A stretch of 64,000 nucleotides of DNA from Flaccisagitta enflata (lineage: Eukaryota): positions 47,864,001 through 47,928,000 of the forward strand of contig OZ231126.1 of NCBI GenBank assembly GCA_965153355.1. The letters run 5' to 3'. Below the pieces are notes generated by a model. The model saw only the letters and a program-made list of their open reading frames with translations, was not told the DNA's origin and did no database searches. Shown here piece after piece: positions 1 through 18,676 of this stretch (positions within the stretch are counted from its first letter, which is position 1; the number at the start of each line of letters is the position of its first letter). Made by a program: the position numbers and the translations under genes.

Positions 1-60
1 AGAGAAGAGGCAAACGTCATCAGTTCTTTTTTTTCAAATATTGGTCAGACAAATACCTAC

Positions 61-5048
<4,988 letters not shown>

Positions 5049-5443
5049 TATCCCGGAAGCGGTTGCGGGCGAAGCGCAGGAAAATGTTTTTTTCACCCGG
5101 TCTTTGGGGTCTCGCGCGTAGAAGAGGTGCAAGTTGGCGGCCAGACAAGGGGAAAAACTGGCAACGCAACGTCGCTAGAAACCCGAGTTATTCTTCAGTC
5201 TTTTCAGTATTTAGATTCAATGTTTGTCTAGGCGACCGTCCACGCGAAGAAATTTCCCCATGACAGATTTTCGCCCATCAAACACATACACCATCTGTCA
5301 GTCATCCGCGCATACAGCGACGGATGTGAAGCGTTTTGAGGCCGGCAGCGCCTTTCATTGAGACTAGATTACATGTCATATAGAAACGTCCTGAAAAGAG
5401 CAACAAAAACAGAAATAGCAAAGACAAAAGACAAGAAGAAGGA

Positions 5444-5482
<39 letters not shown>

Positions 5483-5507
5483 GGAGGAGATGGAGAAAGA
5501 GAAAGAG

Positions 5508-5622
<115 letters not shown>

Positions 5623-5867
5623 ATATAGCAAGCAAGGAAAATCAACTTCATATCAGCACAAACACATAAATCGAATCCTATAAATGACGTATAATCCGCG
5701 GATGAATGACTCGATCAACCCGTTGAGAGCGAAACAATCGACTTCAAACAACTTCACATCTCAGAGGGGCCAAAATCCAACCATCCATTTACACAAGCAG
5801 CGCGGCTTATATCACGAAAAGAGCGACGCAATGAGTAAACAGAATGGGGGAAGGAGGGGGGGGGGCG

Positions 5868-6821
5868 CTACGATTTTTTAAAGGTTTTCTGTAACACATG
5901 TGCGTCGGCGGGCTCAATTCTTTTGTAGTATTGAGACTTAGTCTCGATGATTTCGAAGCCGTTCTTCATGTAAAAATCGATCGCGCTCGAATTGTTGACC
6001 TTTACGAAAAAGAAAAGTGAAAACAATTCATTCATATTTAGAATGTTTTAAAGGTTATGACATCGCGAAACTACAGCTTGAAAGAAGTCTCTCTGAAACT
6101 ATCGAGGATTCTTGAGATCATGTTATCGCAAATGACCAATCAATGATCATACAAATCCTTTTTAGGACACGATAGCTGCTTCCCGCCATGCAGAACACAC
6201 TGCTCCAAATCCCACCACCACCAAAAATAAGTACCCGTCACTCCCCTATCACCACCAATTCACCTATAAGTGGATCGTTCAATCCTCGACAGAAAGCAGT
6301 TCATCAACCAGCAGCCTAAATCACCTGGACGTGAAGAAAAATACTGTCGAAATCTCCGTCCTTTTCACAGATGTTCAAAACGTGCTCGAGCAATTTGGTC
6401 CCGATTCCTTTACGAAACAAGATTGAGATTGACTTGTTAGGAGTATTAGCAATTTAGCAAAGCCTGCACACTGCACAGATATATATGACACTTAGGAAAT
6501 CTAAACTGATATCAAAAAGTCATCCCCATTTCAACTACCTAATCTCCTGTATCTCGCCAAGCAACCCAGAGTCATGATGTAAAGTCTTTTGACTGGTTTG
6601 TTGACGTCCTTTTCCTTGGTCTCTTGGACTCGACAGCAGACGGCGCCGACGACGATGTCGTTGTAAAAAGCTAACTTGGCCATGTCGCCCACTTCCAGGA
6701 CGTCTTTGTAGAACTTGTCGTTGTACGACACGGGAAACACGACCTGGTTGAGGCGCTTCAATTGTTTGATGTTGTGCGGCGTCACATCGCCCAACTCGAT
6801 TCGACTAGTCTCACGGCACAT
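5868..6821 (-). CDS. NAA50: N-alpha-acetyltransferase 50 (NatE). Exons 6821-6539, 6407-6325, 5999-5868
   Basis: MCRETSRIELGDVTPHNIKQLKRLNQVVFPVSYNDKFYKDVLEVG...LYIMTLGCLARYRRLGIGTKLLEHVL...IFLHVQVNNSSAIDFY...YYKRIEPADAHVLQK* closely follows the conserved NAA50 sequence. Confidence 0.96.
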
Positions 6822-7053
6822 GGCGAAGCTATTCTGTGTTTGTCGGCGCAAATAAATAAGCACAACTAGAAAATAAATAAGTAATAAGTAAAATTTGATT
6901 TCAGTTTGGATATAATACTTGGAAAAGGCGAAGGAAGAAAGAAGGCAAACCCGGGAGAAAAAAACAGACGATTCCAAAAGATGTTATAACTTTTAAGTGA
7001 TCACAGTGCCAAATTCCGTCTTAAATATGTAAATATCATCAAAATTGAGATTT

Positions 7054-8944
7054 CTATGCGATTTGCAAAGGCTGAGAGGAACCCAAATCGAAAAGTGAAC
7101 GTATGGCTTGATTTTGATCTTCTTGGTAATGACCGGGGAAGAAGTAAAAATCTCTCGTGAGATGATTCCGTGGCTCGGGCATTTGTTTCCTCACTTGACC
7201 ACCCGTGGTCATCTTGGACACCTTCCTGTTGACTTTCGTGAGCAAAGAATGGATATCACGATCCGCGGCGAATTCAGAGAAAACGTCGACCATAGCCTGG
7301 ACGTACCAAGAGCCCATCTCTTCGTGTCGAATTGATATGTGGCCTGGAATGGTCGAGTACGATACGAGCATGTCGGAATATTTCGCCAGCGAAGTCGCTT
7401 TCAAAATCCCATCAATGTCGTCATCGTCATCCTCGCCTCCTCCGCGTGGAACGGTAACGTCACCATTCGAGTCAACACGATAAAACGAATCTTCCGGTTT
7501 AGCTACGGACGACGAGGAAGAGGAGGAAGAAACATCTTCGGCTTCTTCCTCGACGGGGGTATTAACGCCGGACGCAGGGGCGGAAGATGGCGTTGTCTTA
7601 CTTCCGGGTCTGTCGACGACGTCAAAGCCTCTTTGCACCCTAACGCCGCGACAAGCTTGAAAGAAGAATAGTTTTGGTTTGTTAACGAGACTGGGGCATT
7701 GCTGTCCGTCCAATGCGTCGAGAATCTGAGAAAAATGCACGACGATGCCGTCGGTGGCGTAAACGCCTCGCTCTTGGCCGTGGGATAACACGCAAATGAC
7801 AGCCGAATCGGCGGTGGCATGTCTCCCGTCGACGGAAAAGGATTCCAGGGCCTCATCAAATGACTCGCTTTCGAGATCGCGCCGCATCTCAACCGTGTAG
7901 CTGGAAATGAAAAGAGGAATATTAATGAGGAAACATTGGATTGATTAGTTCTGGACGTCGAAACATCGAGCAAAAGTAACGACAAGAAATAGATAAGTTC
8001 GGGTAAAAACAGGAAGCATACTGAAACCGACGGCAGAAAGAGAACAAGGGCTCTCACCCAATCTGCTCAAAGAGGCACGAGAGATTTGCGGCGTCGCGAT
8101 CCGATCCTTTCCTGTAAGCCAAATCCGAAGAGGTCTTATCGAACTCGCGATTGTTGATAATCATACAAAGTCCCTTGGGTTTTGAAAAATTGGGATAGAT
8201 CTCGCCGTTGCCCAATCGCACGCTAAAGTCCAATGACAGACTCTCGGTTTTCTTGACGTTGATGTCGAATGGAGAGCGGAAATTGCGGATCGTGTGCTCG
8301 ACGCTACTCCGCCGATGCGGCGAGTATGAAGACGCGGGCGGCGACGATGGTGGTTCCTCGAAGGAGCGGCTTTTGAAAGGCGAATGGATTTTTTTAGAGG
8401 ATTGATGTTTGAAAAGCGGAGTTTGTTCGTAGTTTCTTTCTGCTTCATCTCGTTTCAGCGCGAGTGTGCGATAGAAGTCTTCTTCCAATGTAGACGTCGC
8501 CGTGGAACCTGGTTCATCGGGCTGTCGCAAAATATTCCCGAGAGACGTCCGTGGTTGCAAATCATCATCTTCTCCCGCAGCGTAGCAAGGCGATCGCCGT
8601 GATGCGATTGTCGGTTCCGCCGTGGACGTTGGCGATTGCTCTCCTATAGCAACAGAGCTAGTTTCCGGCGAACTCAAGGGCACTAATCTCCCATACACGT
8701 GATCTTGATCCGTTTGAGCCAGAGCCTGCAGAAAGGCCGAGAAGGCGTTGGATCCTCTGCGCTGAAGAATGGTCAGGAAAGAATAGTTTCGCTGCTTTGA
8801 AGTAGACTCGCTCTTAATTTGCTCGATGAGATCTTCGGACAAAATACGACTTTGGAATAAAACAGGCAGGACGTAATCCACCGTCAAGTTGTCCATTAAA
8901 AATACCCAATTGTCACGCAGCACGTCGCGGTGTCGCTGCTCCAT
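7054..8944 (-). CDS. CARD-containing initiator caspase, caspase-2-like. Exons 8944-8058, 7900-7054
   Basis: N-terminal CARD-like helices (HRDVLRDNWVFL...LQRRGSNAFSAFLQAL), GLCMIINN, catalytic LSHG and QACRG, GSWYVQ and FYFFPG. One 157-bp GT-AG intron, phase-consistent. Confidence 0.9.
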
Positions 8945-9261
8945 TATTGAAGCAGCGACAAAACTGAGGGTTTAAGTCAATCGCACAACACTTTTTGTCA
9001 TTGTGGCGTTAAAAAAGCACATCCAAGTGCAGCTCTAAAAAGAAGGTAAGATTTATAACGAAATGGGCAAAAATAGAATCTGTTATCGAACAATGCGGGA
9101 AAATAGAGCGAAATGAAAATGAAAATAAGCAAGAAGTATCGCTTTTATGACTTGGAGAGCCATCCCCAAGCCTTCGTCGGGTGAAGAATGTCGAGCTAAT
9201 GCGAGATGATTATCGTGGTCGTGGAAATGGAAGTGGTCAATATATATTTCAATGGCATGTG

Positions 9262-12200
9262 TCAGCTTTGTTTCAGCAACGCGGCAACACCGACGACTTC
9301 TTCGAATACTTCCTTGACGACGTCCATGAGACCCACTTCCGCCGAATCAAGCGTGGAAAACGTCTCTCGGCGTTCTTCCAGCGAATTATGATTCGCCGCG
9401 ATGGAGGAAGTTGACGACGGCGATGCCAGCTTTAGCCCAACTTTCGCTCCGACATCTTCATCCACTAAAGCCATCGACTTCGTCGGCGAAGTCAATCCGG
9501 CCGCCATGTAGGAGCACTTGGAGGAAGAAGCGTTGGCGATGCGACCGAGCTGAAGGAGAAACGACGTGACGTCGTCAGCGAGCGGAGGGAATGCGCGGGA
9601 AATACGTGAAAGAGACGGAGTCGTGATCAGGAAGAAAGGAATGCGTTGATGACGGGGTAATACAGTCAGCAGCGTGGCCATCACGTTGATGCATAATCTG
9701 ATATGGTATGATGTAAATAAGGGGGTGGGGAAAATTGTTAGAATCGATGAAAGAGGAAAGCGATGGTGTGAGAAGCATACATGAGAGAGTAAGAACGAAT
9801 TAAGGGAGCGTTAGTCCGAGAATTTAGTAATAGAACCATGTGAAACATGACAAACCAGCGAGTCTGAGCAGATGTTAACTTATAATCATCACCTGGCAAC
9901 AGAGAGCGTTCGGGGCAACGGATACTGTAAGCTGAGATAGGAGACCAGCTGAATGGCAAAGACTTGTTTTTCAATCTGCGGTTGCCGCAACAATTCTGGT
10001 ATAAAGTCGATACAAATGTGCATGGAGGGGACTCCGGCCACGGTCACTTGCAACAGTTGAAGTGGATATCCTTGAAAATGGACGAGTTTGGCCAACGTAG
10101 GGTCCGCGATGAACATTTGATGTAACCACGAGCAAACGAGACATTGAACTTCGCGCAGGGAAGACAGAAGCGGACCCGACTCCTCAGTGGGAAGCGGAAG
10201 GCACCTGCGAGGAAAAAGGTTGTAGAAGAGCGTGTGAGAGGTAATACTTGCCACCAAACTGCGTGGGGTAAAATGATGTAAAGTGGGTCACCAGGGGTAA
10301 AACGTGTCACCCACTTTTTTCGAAGAATGGAAGGTTGAGTAGGTCTTGTTTTGGATGAAAATAGAAATTTGACAAATGACATAAATGACACCTGGGCTGA
10401 ATAAAGTGGGTTACCCATTTTACCCCATCAGTCCCAATACACTTAATAAGTAGACATGATACTACACTAACTACAGTCTGCACATATTGCGTTGATTCTA
10501 CACCATGTAACTTTCACAATTGCCGAAACTAGTTTTCCAGTTATGGTCATTTCCACAATAAACCAGCCTAGCCGAAAATCATGCTGAAACAGGTAGAAAT
10601 ATTGTTTTTATCATGTTAATCTTTTTTTTTCATGATAAAAGCTGTTGTAACATATTATTTGGGATTCAGTGCTTAGCTGATATCTTTCATACTTAGAATT
10701 TTGATAGGCTATCTAGCAAAAAAGAGGCCAAAATCACCCCCTTTTTTATGTCACACTGATGTCACACTCAAAACCACAGTGAAAAAGATATCAAAAAATC
10801 ATTAAGCCTACCCAACTATGGGTCATTTTTGTTCAATTGCAACCCCTAAAGAAGATTGAAAGATTTTATGGTCACAAATTGTCATTTACTAGGGGGGGGT
10901 GGGGTAATGTGGGCCATTTGCGAACATTTTTTCAGATTTTTTTCATACACTTAATATTTGAAATTCTGAACTATGCTTGCGATGTGGCATTTTTGCATGG
11001 CTATTAGCCCACCTGGAAAGAAATTTTGTGAGGGGCCCCTAGGGGCCCCTTTTTTAAAAAAGGGGGGTGGCCCACATTGCCCCACCAAGTGGGGCAATGT
11101 GGGCCACCTTGGTTTTTTAAAAAAATGGAGCCTGTAAGCCCCCATAATCAATTGGTCAAGGGTCAAAACAACATTTTCCAGTACAATATTTGATAAATGG
11201 TATCTGCTGCGGTAGTGCACATTAATATTGTAATGTTAACATGTACCGGTTTAATTATATCCGTCATGCCAATAAATGTGATTGAGTAGCATCATAACGG
11301 GTGTTCAAATAAACAGTGTAGTTATTTACTGGATAATAAACATTAAATAATATTTTAAATGAATAAAAAAATATCAATCAATATCAAAAAGTATTTTATG
11401 GCATGGTAAAATAATTTTATCAAGATTATATATTCAAATTAAATCAATTCAATCTAAAACATATTTTTTACAATCATATATAATAACACCTATAATAAAA
11501 GATTAGCTTTCTTTGTTATAACTGCTACTGTAATTTTTTAAAAATCATTTCTTAATTAAAAATCTGTATCATCATAATGAAATATCAAAAAATATTCTAT
11601 ATTATACACTATGTTAAATACAAGATTTTTATTAGAACACCCGTTATATAATTTTCAGATAAAAAAATAAGGGCATTTGAGGGAGTTTCATATCCAGAGA
11701 GTCATTTATTAATGATTTATAAATAACATCAGGTGTCCCTGATGCCAAAATTGAATCTCCTGTGGCGTTGTGAGTTGAAAGTCAACAGTGGCCCACATTG
11801 CCCCTTTAGTTCAAGTGGTAATTTGGATACGAAAATCATAGATGGGTTCATCCATATTCCTGCTGCTACTTCTTTTATGATTCTATTTTCAATTCCAAGA
11901 AAAAAAATTTTGGCGAAATTAATATTTTTGCCGTTATGAAAAGTTTTGCCGCACAAGTAAAAAAGTCACTTCACAAATCAGCCAAAATGATCCTGCGTTA
12001 AGCTGCGCTGCGCCTGCAGCGGCTGCAGCAGCTGCAGCGTACTGTTACCATGGCAACTCCCTTACCCACTGTAACTAGCAGGATCATTGGTAAGGTTGAA
12101 CTATTGACAGTCAGTTGATGAGCATGTCACAAAGTTGATGATGTCGATCAAGTGGCCCACATTGCCCCTGGCCCAAATTACCCCACCCCCCCTTATACAA

Positions 12201-15200
12201 AAATTTCACTTTTAATTGATTTGTCTAAAATGATGATTTATTTGATTTTGACACATAGTAGTATACTATGCTTTAAATGGCAATATCTTAGGTATTGTGG
12301 AAAATTTCTTTTTTCCCCCTTAATAAAGACATAACCCAAGTTTCATGCAAAACTTCAGACCTTAATGTCAATTCTAGCTGGAGATATTGATTTTTGAAAA
12401 GAGTGACCTAAAATGTTAACACCCTGTTACTCTTATGTTGCTCTGATTATGATAAAAATTAACATAGTTGAACACATTTCAAGTATTAGATTATTTTTTT
12501 TCATGTGATCTAAAAGAGTATCAAATTCTGAGTATAAGGCTCAAATTTCAAGCCATTAGGTGCGACCATTATGAAATTATAATATTTTTATTGATGTTAA
12601 CGAATTCAGTCGCCTGATTTCCGCCAGTCTAGTTTATTGTGGAAACTGCCTTATATAAGTGGCGTTTTAAGACGCCATTTAATTAAACATGTGCTTACAA
12701 AACATTCCCTTACCACTCGAGTAAAATTTGGACAGCCGCCGAGTCTTGAGCGGCGACGAGTGCGAATCTTAGCTCGTCTCTTTCGGCGTCAGATGGCCCT
12801 TCCGGCATCGGGACGCCATTAACGCCGACGCGAGGATTTTCCGACGGAGCGACTGATGGATAGACTCGGATGTGCTTCGCCAACATAGCCTTTGACGCCT
12901 GAAGGTGAGGAGGATGAGGGGCGAAGAGTGAAAAAGAAGAGGAATACAAAAGAAGGGTTAATACAATGTGTGAACCCCTAAAACTGTAGCACCCCCCCTT
13001 ACAAATCAAACTATAGCAATAAGTAGTTTGTACTGGGTAATACATCATAGCTTAAGACTATACAAGTGGTGCCACTAAGGCGATTTTGAAATTTTCACTC
13101 CAGTTTAAAGTTATAGCACAAAATCCTATATTTTATGAATATTCAAAGTAAGCTAATTTTAACACTTTTATAAGCTATATCTTGAATTAAAGATCAAAAT
13201 TTAAAAATCGCTCTAGTGGCGCCATTTGTATTGATACAAACATGTATACTTTACCCTAAAAGTCTCTGTAATATAATCAGTTAAGGCTGTAGGTGGGGGT
13301 GCTACAGTATTTAGGGGGTTCACACCTTGTATTTAGCAATTCTCTGTAAATGAGATGAAAAGGAGATTTTACAAGCTGGTTATAACTTCGAATCAACAAA
13401 ACACTCAGGGAATTGATGAGCGCCGATAACCCCACAACTCACAAATCAGGAAATAAGTTTGCCCGTAAATATAACTTGTGATGACGCGGAAAATTGTGGG
13501 CACAGAATACTATCTAGAACATATGTATATCGACAGGCGTTTTAAGCAATAACTCTGTTAAGAATAAAAAATTTATATAAAAATCAGTGAGATTCTGAAA
13601 CTATTTTGAATTTCTGCCCAAATGCTGCAAACCGCATCCTTTTAGCTCAAGGCGTTTAGAATTGACAGGCAAAACAAGATTGATACTATTAGAAAATGGC
13701 CAAAAAAATGCATCTAGTTTCTTTACAAGTTACTTTGTCTCCTTTCAGATAGATTGGAGGTTTTTTCCACCCTACTTTTGGTCCTCATTACAGCACCCAA
13801 CACCTTTGCTACATTATCTTGGTTGATTTCAACCTCTCTGAATCATTGGGATTGCAACTGAAGCAAAAGGGAGAACATGGCATACACTAAGGAATTTTTT
13901 TTTCTAAATTTCATGAGGGATAGTTATCATGCATTTATACTAAGCATTTGTGTTTAGGTGATTTTCACCATTAGACTCCTAGCATCAATTTTCTATCGTA
14001 ATTATATTGTTTTAAGCCAGATATTCTCTGAAACATAAAAAAAATGTTCCATTTTTCATTCTTAAGTGAGGTTACGATGTGATGAGAGTATTCATCAAGA
14101 AAAAGTAACCAATTGGCAATTGTCTTTGAAAATTTCTCTGATATTTGATTATGTCTCAGTCCTTAATTATCATGTAACAAATATGTAATGGGCACTACTT
14201 TGACTGATTTAGTGATTTAAATATATTTTCAGGCCTAACAGTTACTTGGTTTGTCATCTAAAATCATTTGTCAAGCTTTTGCCATCATGAATGGAACGGG
14301 AAGTTCTTAATGTTGTTCTAGAATCCTCTGAGATAAGAAAAAGGAAAAATAACAAAAATCAGTGTACAAACGGCAATATAACCACGACACTTGAATTCCT
14401 ATGTATAGAATATTAAAACTGGCATTATATTCAGTCCTTTTTGATCAATGTAATACAAGGTAAGTGACAGGCATCAATTATCAAGTTTAGACTAACCTAA
14501 CCCAGCTTTAAAACAAAAAATTGAATTATGGACAATTCAAATTATTCCACAATTTTAATTGTCCCAACCATGTCCGTCTTGACTCATTTTTTCCTCTCCA
14601 ATGCCCTCGCCTCTTGCCATATAAATTTTCCCTCCCAATCGTTCCTAAAGAAGAGGCTAAATGATACAACAAAAAATCATCAATTTTTCTTAGTTCTAGA
14701 TGGTCAGAGAGCAAGAAATTGAATTACGGACATTTCAAATTATTCCACATTTTGCGGAAAAAAAGGAAAAATTGACAAAATGCTTTCCAAATGGACTTCG
14801 ATCGATTTTACTTGTTGAAATGTCAAGGAATAGTACCTAGTAGGTCGCCAAAGGTGGTTTAGGGTGGAAAAAAACAATTTTTTTGAGAAAATTCTAAATT
14901 TATGCAAAAAAGGCTAAAAGCTATACATTATATAGTGAGAAATCAGAAAACAAGGCCAACACCTATAAGTCGCGTGCGAGACTTAAATATGTAATTACTT
15001 TATTACATAACTACATAACTAAAATGACTTTTATTGAATTTAATTTATATAACATAACTTAAAATAATTTAAAACGACCTACAATGACTTAAAATGCCCT
15101 AATTTGACTTGAATTGACCTAAAATGACTAAAATGATTTAGTGACTAAAATAACTTAAATTGATTTAAATCGATATAAAATGACTTTAAATGACTTAAAT

Positions 15201-18188
15201 TGACAAAAAATGACTTAAAATGACTTAAATTGACCTAGATTTACTGAAATTTTATTCAACTGACCTAAATTGACTTAAACAGACCTAAAATCACTAAAAT
15301 GATGAAAACTATTAAAATAACTCAAATGACTTAAATTGACTTAAACTGACTTAAAATGACTTAAAATGATCTAATTTGACTTTAAATGACCTATTTGACT
15401 TAAAATAAGCTAGTAGGAATAAAATGAATAAAAAAAGTAAAGTGTGACCAACCGACCGACCGACGGACAAAGCGGGGTGTAGTCGCGTAGCACGCGACTA
15501 AAAAATGAGGGCCCATTAAGATTGGCTGATGATGAATTTGGACTCTCTAGACTCATTATTGATAATACCTGAAAGCAAAAAATCTGAACAGTATCTGGGT
15601 CCACGACGGAGGGGGGTTGAAGATCAGTAATTCCATAAGATCACTAACCCTGTAAGTTCACTAAAACTATAAGTCTTTATATTTAGAGCCTCCACACAAA
15701 GTTTCATGCAAATCCGTTGAAAAATGGCAAAATAATGCATGTTTTTCACTTTTAGGCTAGTAGGGTAGTTGGGTGGTAGGCTGGTTTGGATAAATAGTGT
15801 GCATATGTTAAGTTCTTCCATTTAGAGGCTCTGTACCAAGTTTCAACCAAATTGGTTGAAAAATGTCCAATTCATGCAAGTTTTTCACTTTTAGGCTGGT
15901 AAGCTGGTTGGGTGGTAGGTCGGTTTGGCCGGTTAGCATGCTCAAACATTAATAAATCACATACATGTGTTGAGTCCTTCCATTTAGAGACTCCATACCA
16001 AATTTCAACCAAATTGGTTGAAAAACGCCAAAGATATGCACATTTTTCACTTTTAGGCTGGTAGGCTGGTTGGGTGGTAGGCTGGTTTGACAAGATAAAT
16101 AATGTGCATATGTTGAGTTCTTCCATTTAGAGACTCCATACCAAATTTCAACCAAATTAATTGAAAAATGACAAAGTTATGCAAGTTTTTCACTTTTTGG
16201 TCGGTAGGCTGGTAGGGTGGTAGGTCGGTTTGGCCGGTTAGCATGCTCAAATGCATATAAATCACATACATATGTTGAGTCCTCCCATTTAGAGACTCCA
16301 TAACAAATTTCAACCAAATTGGTTGAAAAATGCCAAAGTTAAACACATTTTTCACTTTTAGGCCGGTAGGCTGGTTGGGCCGGTTGGGTTGGTCGGATCA
16401 CAAAAATCGGATAGGATGTAAAGCGCCTTACCCTAGTACAACTTCCCACCAAATATGAACCAAATCGGTCAAAGCATAAAAAAGTTATCCATTTTTTAAA
16501 AGTGTTCACGACGACGACGACAACGACGACGACAACGACGACGACAACGACGACGACAACGACGACGACACCCACCCGGCTTGAATTATAGTCCGCGTCG
16601 GAATGATATTCCGTCGCGGACAAAAAGGATCTTGATCACGTTTAAGATAGTGATTTTTTCTGCCTTAGCTAGGAGTCTGTTAGCGGAAATCACCTTTAAG
16701 TGCTTAGAAAATCCACATACAAATATGTGTTGAAACCCAGAGACGTATTATTAAGTATCTGACATGTTTTGGCGTTTTTTCTATGATTCCCATACTGCTA
16801 AATTAACCAATCCCCATACTGTCGATATACTTATGTTCTAGATAGTAACATTTTTAAACGCAGACAAGCACGATCGCGATCGTGCAGCGCTTTAGAGCAG
16901 GCTGTATCAAACTCATTTTAACAATACCGTGGCCGTCTTAAAAACGTTTCCACTCACATGCAAGCAGGCGTTGAGAATGTGCAGCGTGATGTCGAGCATC
17001 GGCGGCGATCGGAAGACCCGCTCGTCGCATCGCAAAACCGTCAACGGGTCGGTGATAATGTCAGATTGGTTGAGGAGAGGCTCCAAGTTGAGGATGGTGT
17101 TGGAGAGCAAGGAGGAGGAGGAAGATGACGACGGAGGGCGAAGACGCGAACTTCGAAGTCCATTTACCGTCATCACATGCAAATGCCTAGATGATGAAGG
17201 ATCAATGCATAAAGCCACAAGGATTGAATTTGCTTATAGGTAGAATCTTTTGTCAGGCGGTCAGGTGACATGGAAAATTTTTATCTTTCGGAATTGTTTT
17301 AAACTCACCATACCCTTTCCTTGGAACCACCTAAAGTCATTTCTTAGGATATCGGCGCTTAACGTATTGCAGCACGCGGGAAAATGCGAGATTTTACCCA
17401 ATTATGCAAATTAGAGAATTGCACGGGAGTGCACGGCTGCTCAAAGCATAATTTATGTATGAATTATCATTCAAAGCCTTTTTAAGTGCGTCCTCGCACT
17501 TCTTCAAGAGATAATGTCTGTTGGTCGGTCATTCGTTGGTTGGTTGGTTGATCGGTCAGTCAGTCTGTTGGTTGGTCACGCAAACGTTTGAAATGCACAA
17601 AATGGCTGATTCTGACGTCTTTTTTTCATTCCTATCACCTTTCATGCTACATCTACTTTCATTCTGTTATTCATTCATTCTTTCATTCTTTCATTCATTC
17701 ATTCATTCATTCATTCATTCATTCATTCATTCATTCAAAAACGTCCATTCAGAAATTCTATCTGCAAGGAACACTTATTTCTCATAACTTGGCCATGTTA
17801 AAACAGAAGGCGCAAATCATTATCCCGCTCCATTCATCCTTATTCCATTCATCCTTTTTTCCATCCTTTCATACGTCCAAGTCTATCCGTCCTATTGCTT
17901 GCCCATTTGTCCTTCTATATCCCCATCAGTCTATACGCATGTACGTCCATTTTATCAGTTGATTTTTGAAACTAGCATTATTTGAAATGCCCTGATTCCA
18001 CACTTTTAATTATTTAGTACTATGAAACGTGTAAACTTCCGTCAAATTGCTTCTTTCTTTTCCATGTCCTTCCCCATTTTCAAATCCTTTGATTCCCCCC
18101 CCCCTTGTGCATGATTTGTCGTTGTAACAAAATATCACTGCCCTGACGAGTTAGGAGGTGGCCTGTGAGGGGAGAATAAAACAGAAAC

Positions 18189-18247
<59 letters not shown>

Positions 18248-18642
18248 TGGAATAGGAGTGAATGAGTACATGTGCAAAAAAATTACGCTTAAAAAAATCC
18301 AGCTTTCTCTCCAGCTTTCTCTCCAGCTTGATTGCTTTATCTTCGTGTTAGAGTTCTTCAGGAGAGGAACTCTTAAATGTCATGTAAATCTATACTGCTT
18401 AACTTAAATCTCAAAACCATAAAATGATTGCCCAACTCATTCTGGCATTTCTCCCATTTCAATCAATTTTGACCAATGCTGACCAGTTTTGACCAGTTTT
18501 TCGACCAGTTTTTTGACCAGTGTATATGAGCAAAGCCCAAGAACTCGTTAAAATGAGTTAGCTAAATCCTTCCTGAGTCTCCATACCGAATTTCAAGGTT
18601 CTGAGTCAAGGCGTTCGAAACTTGTGCTTCTTTCAAACTTAT

Positions 18643-18676
<34 letters not shown>
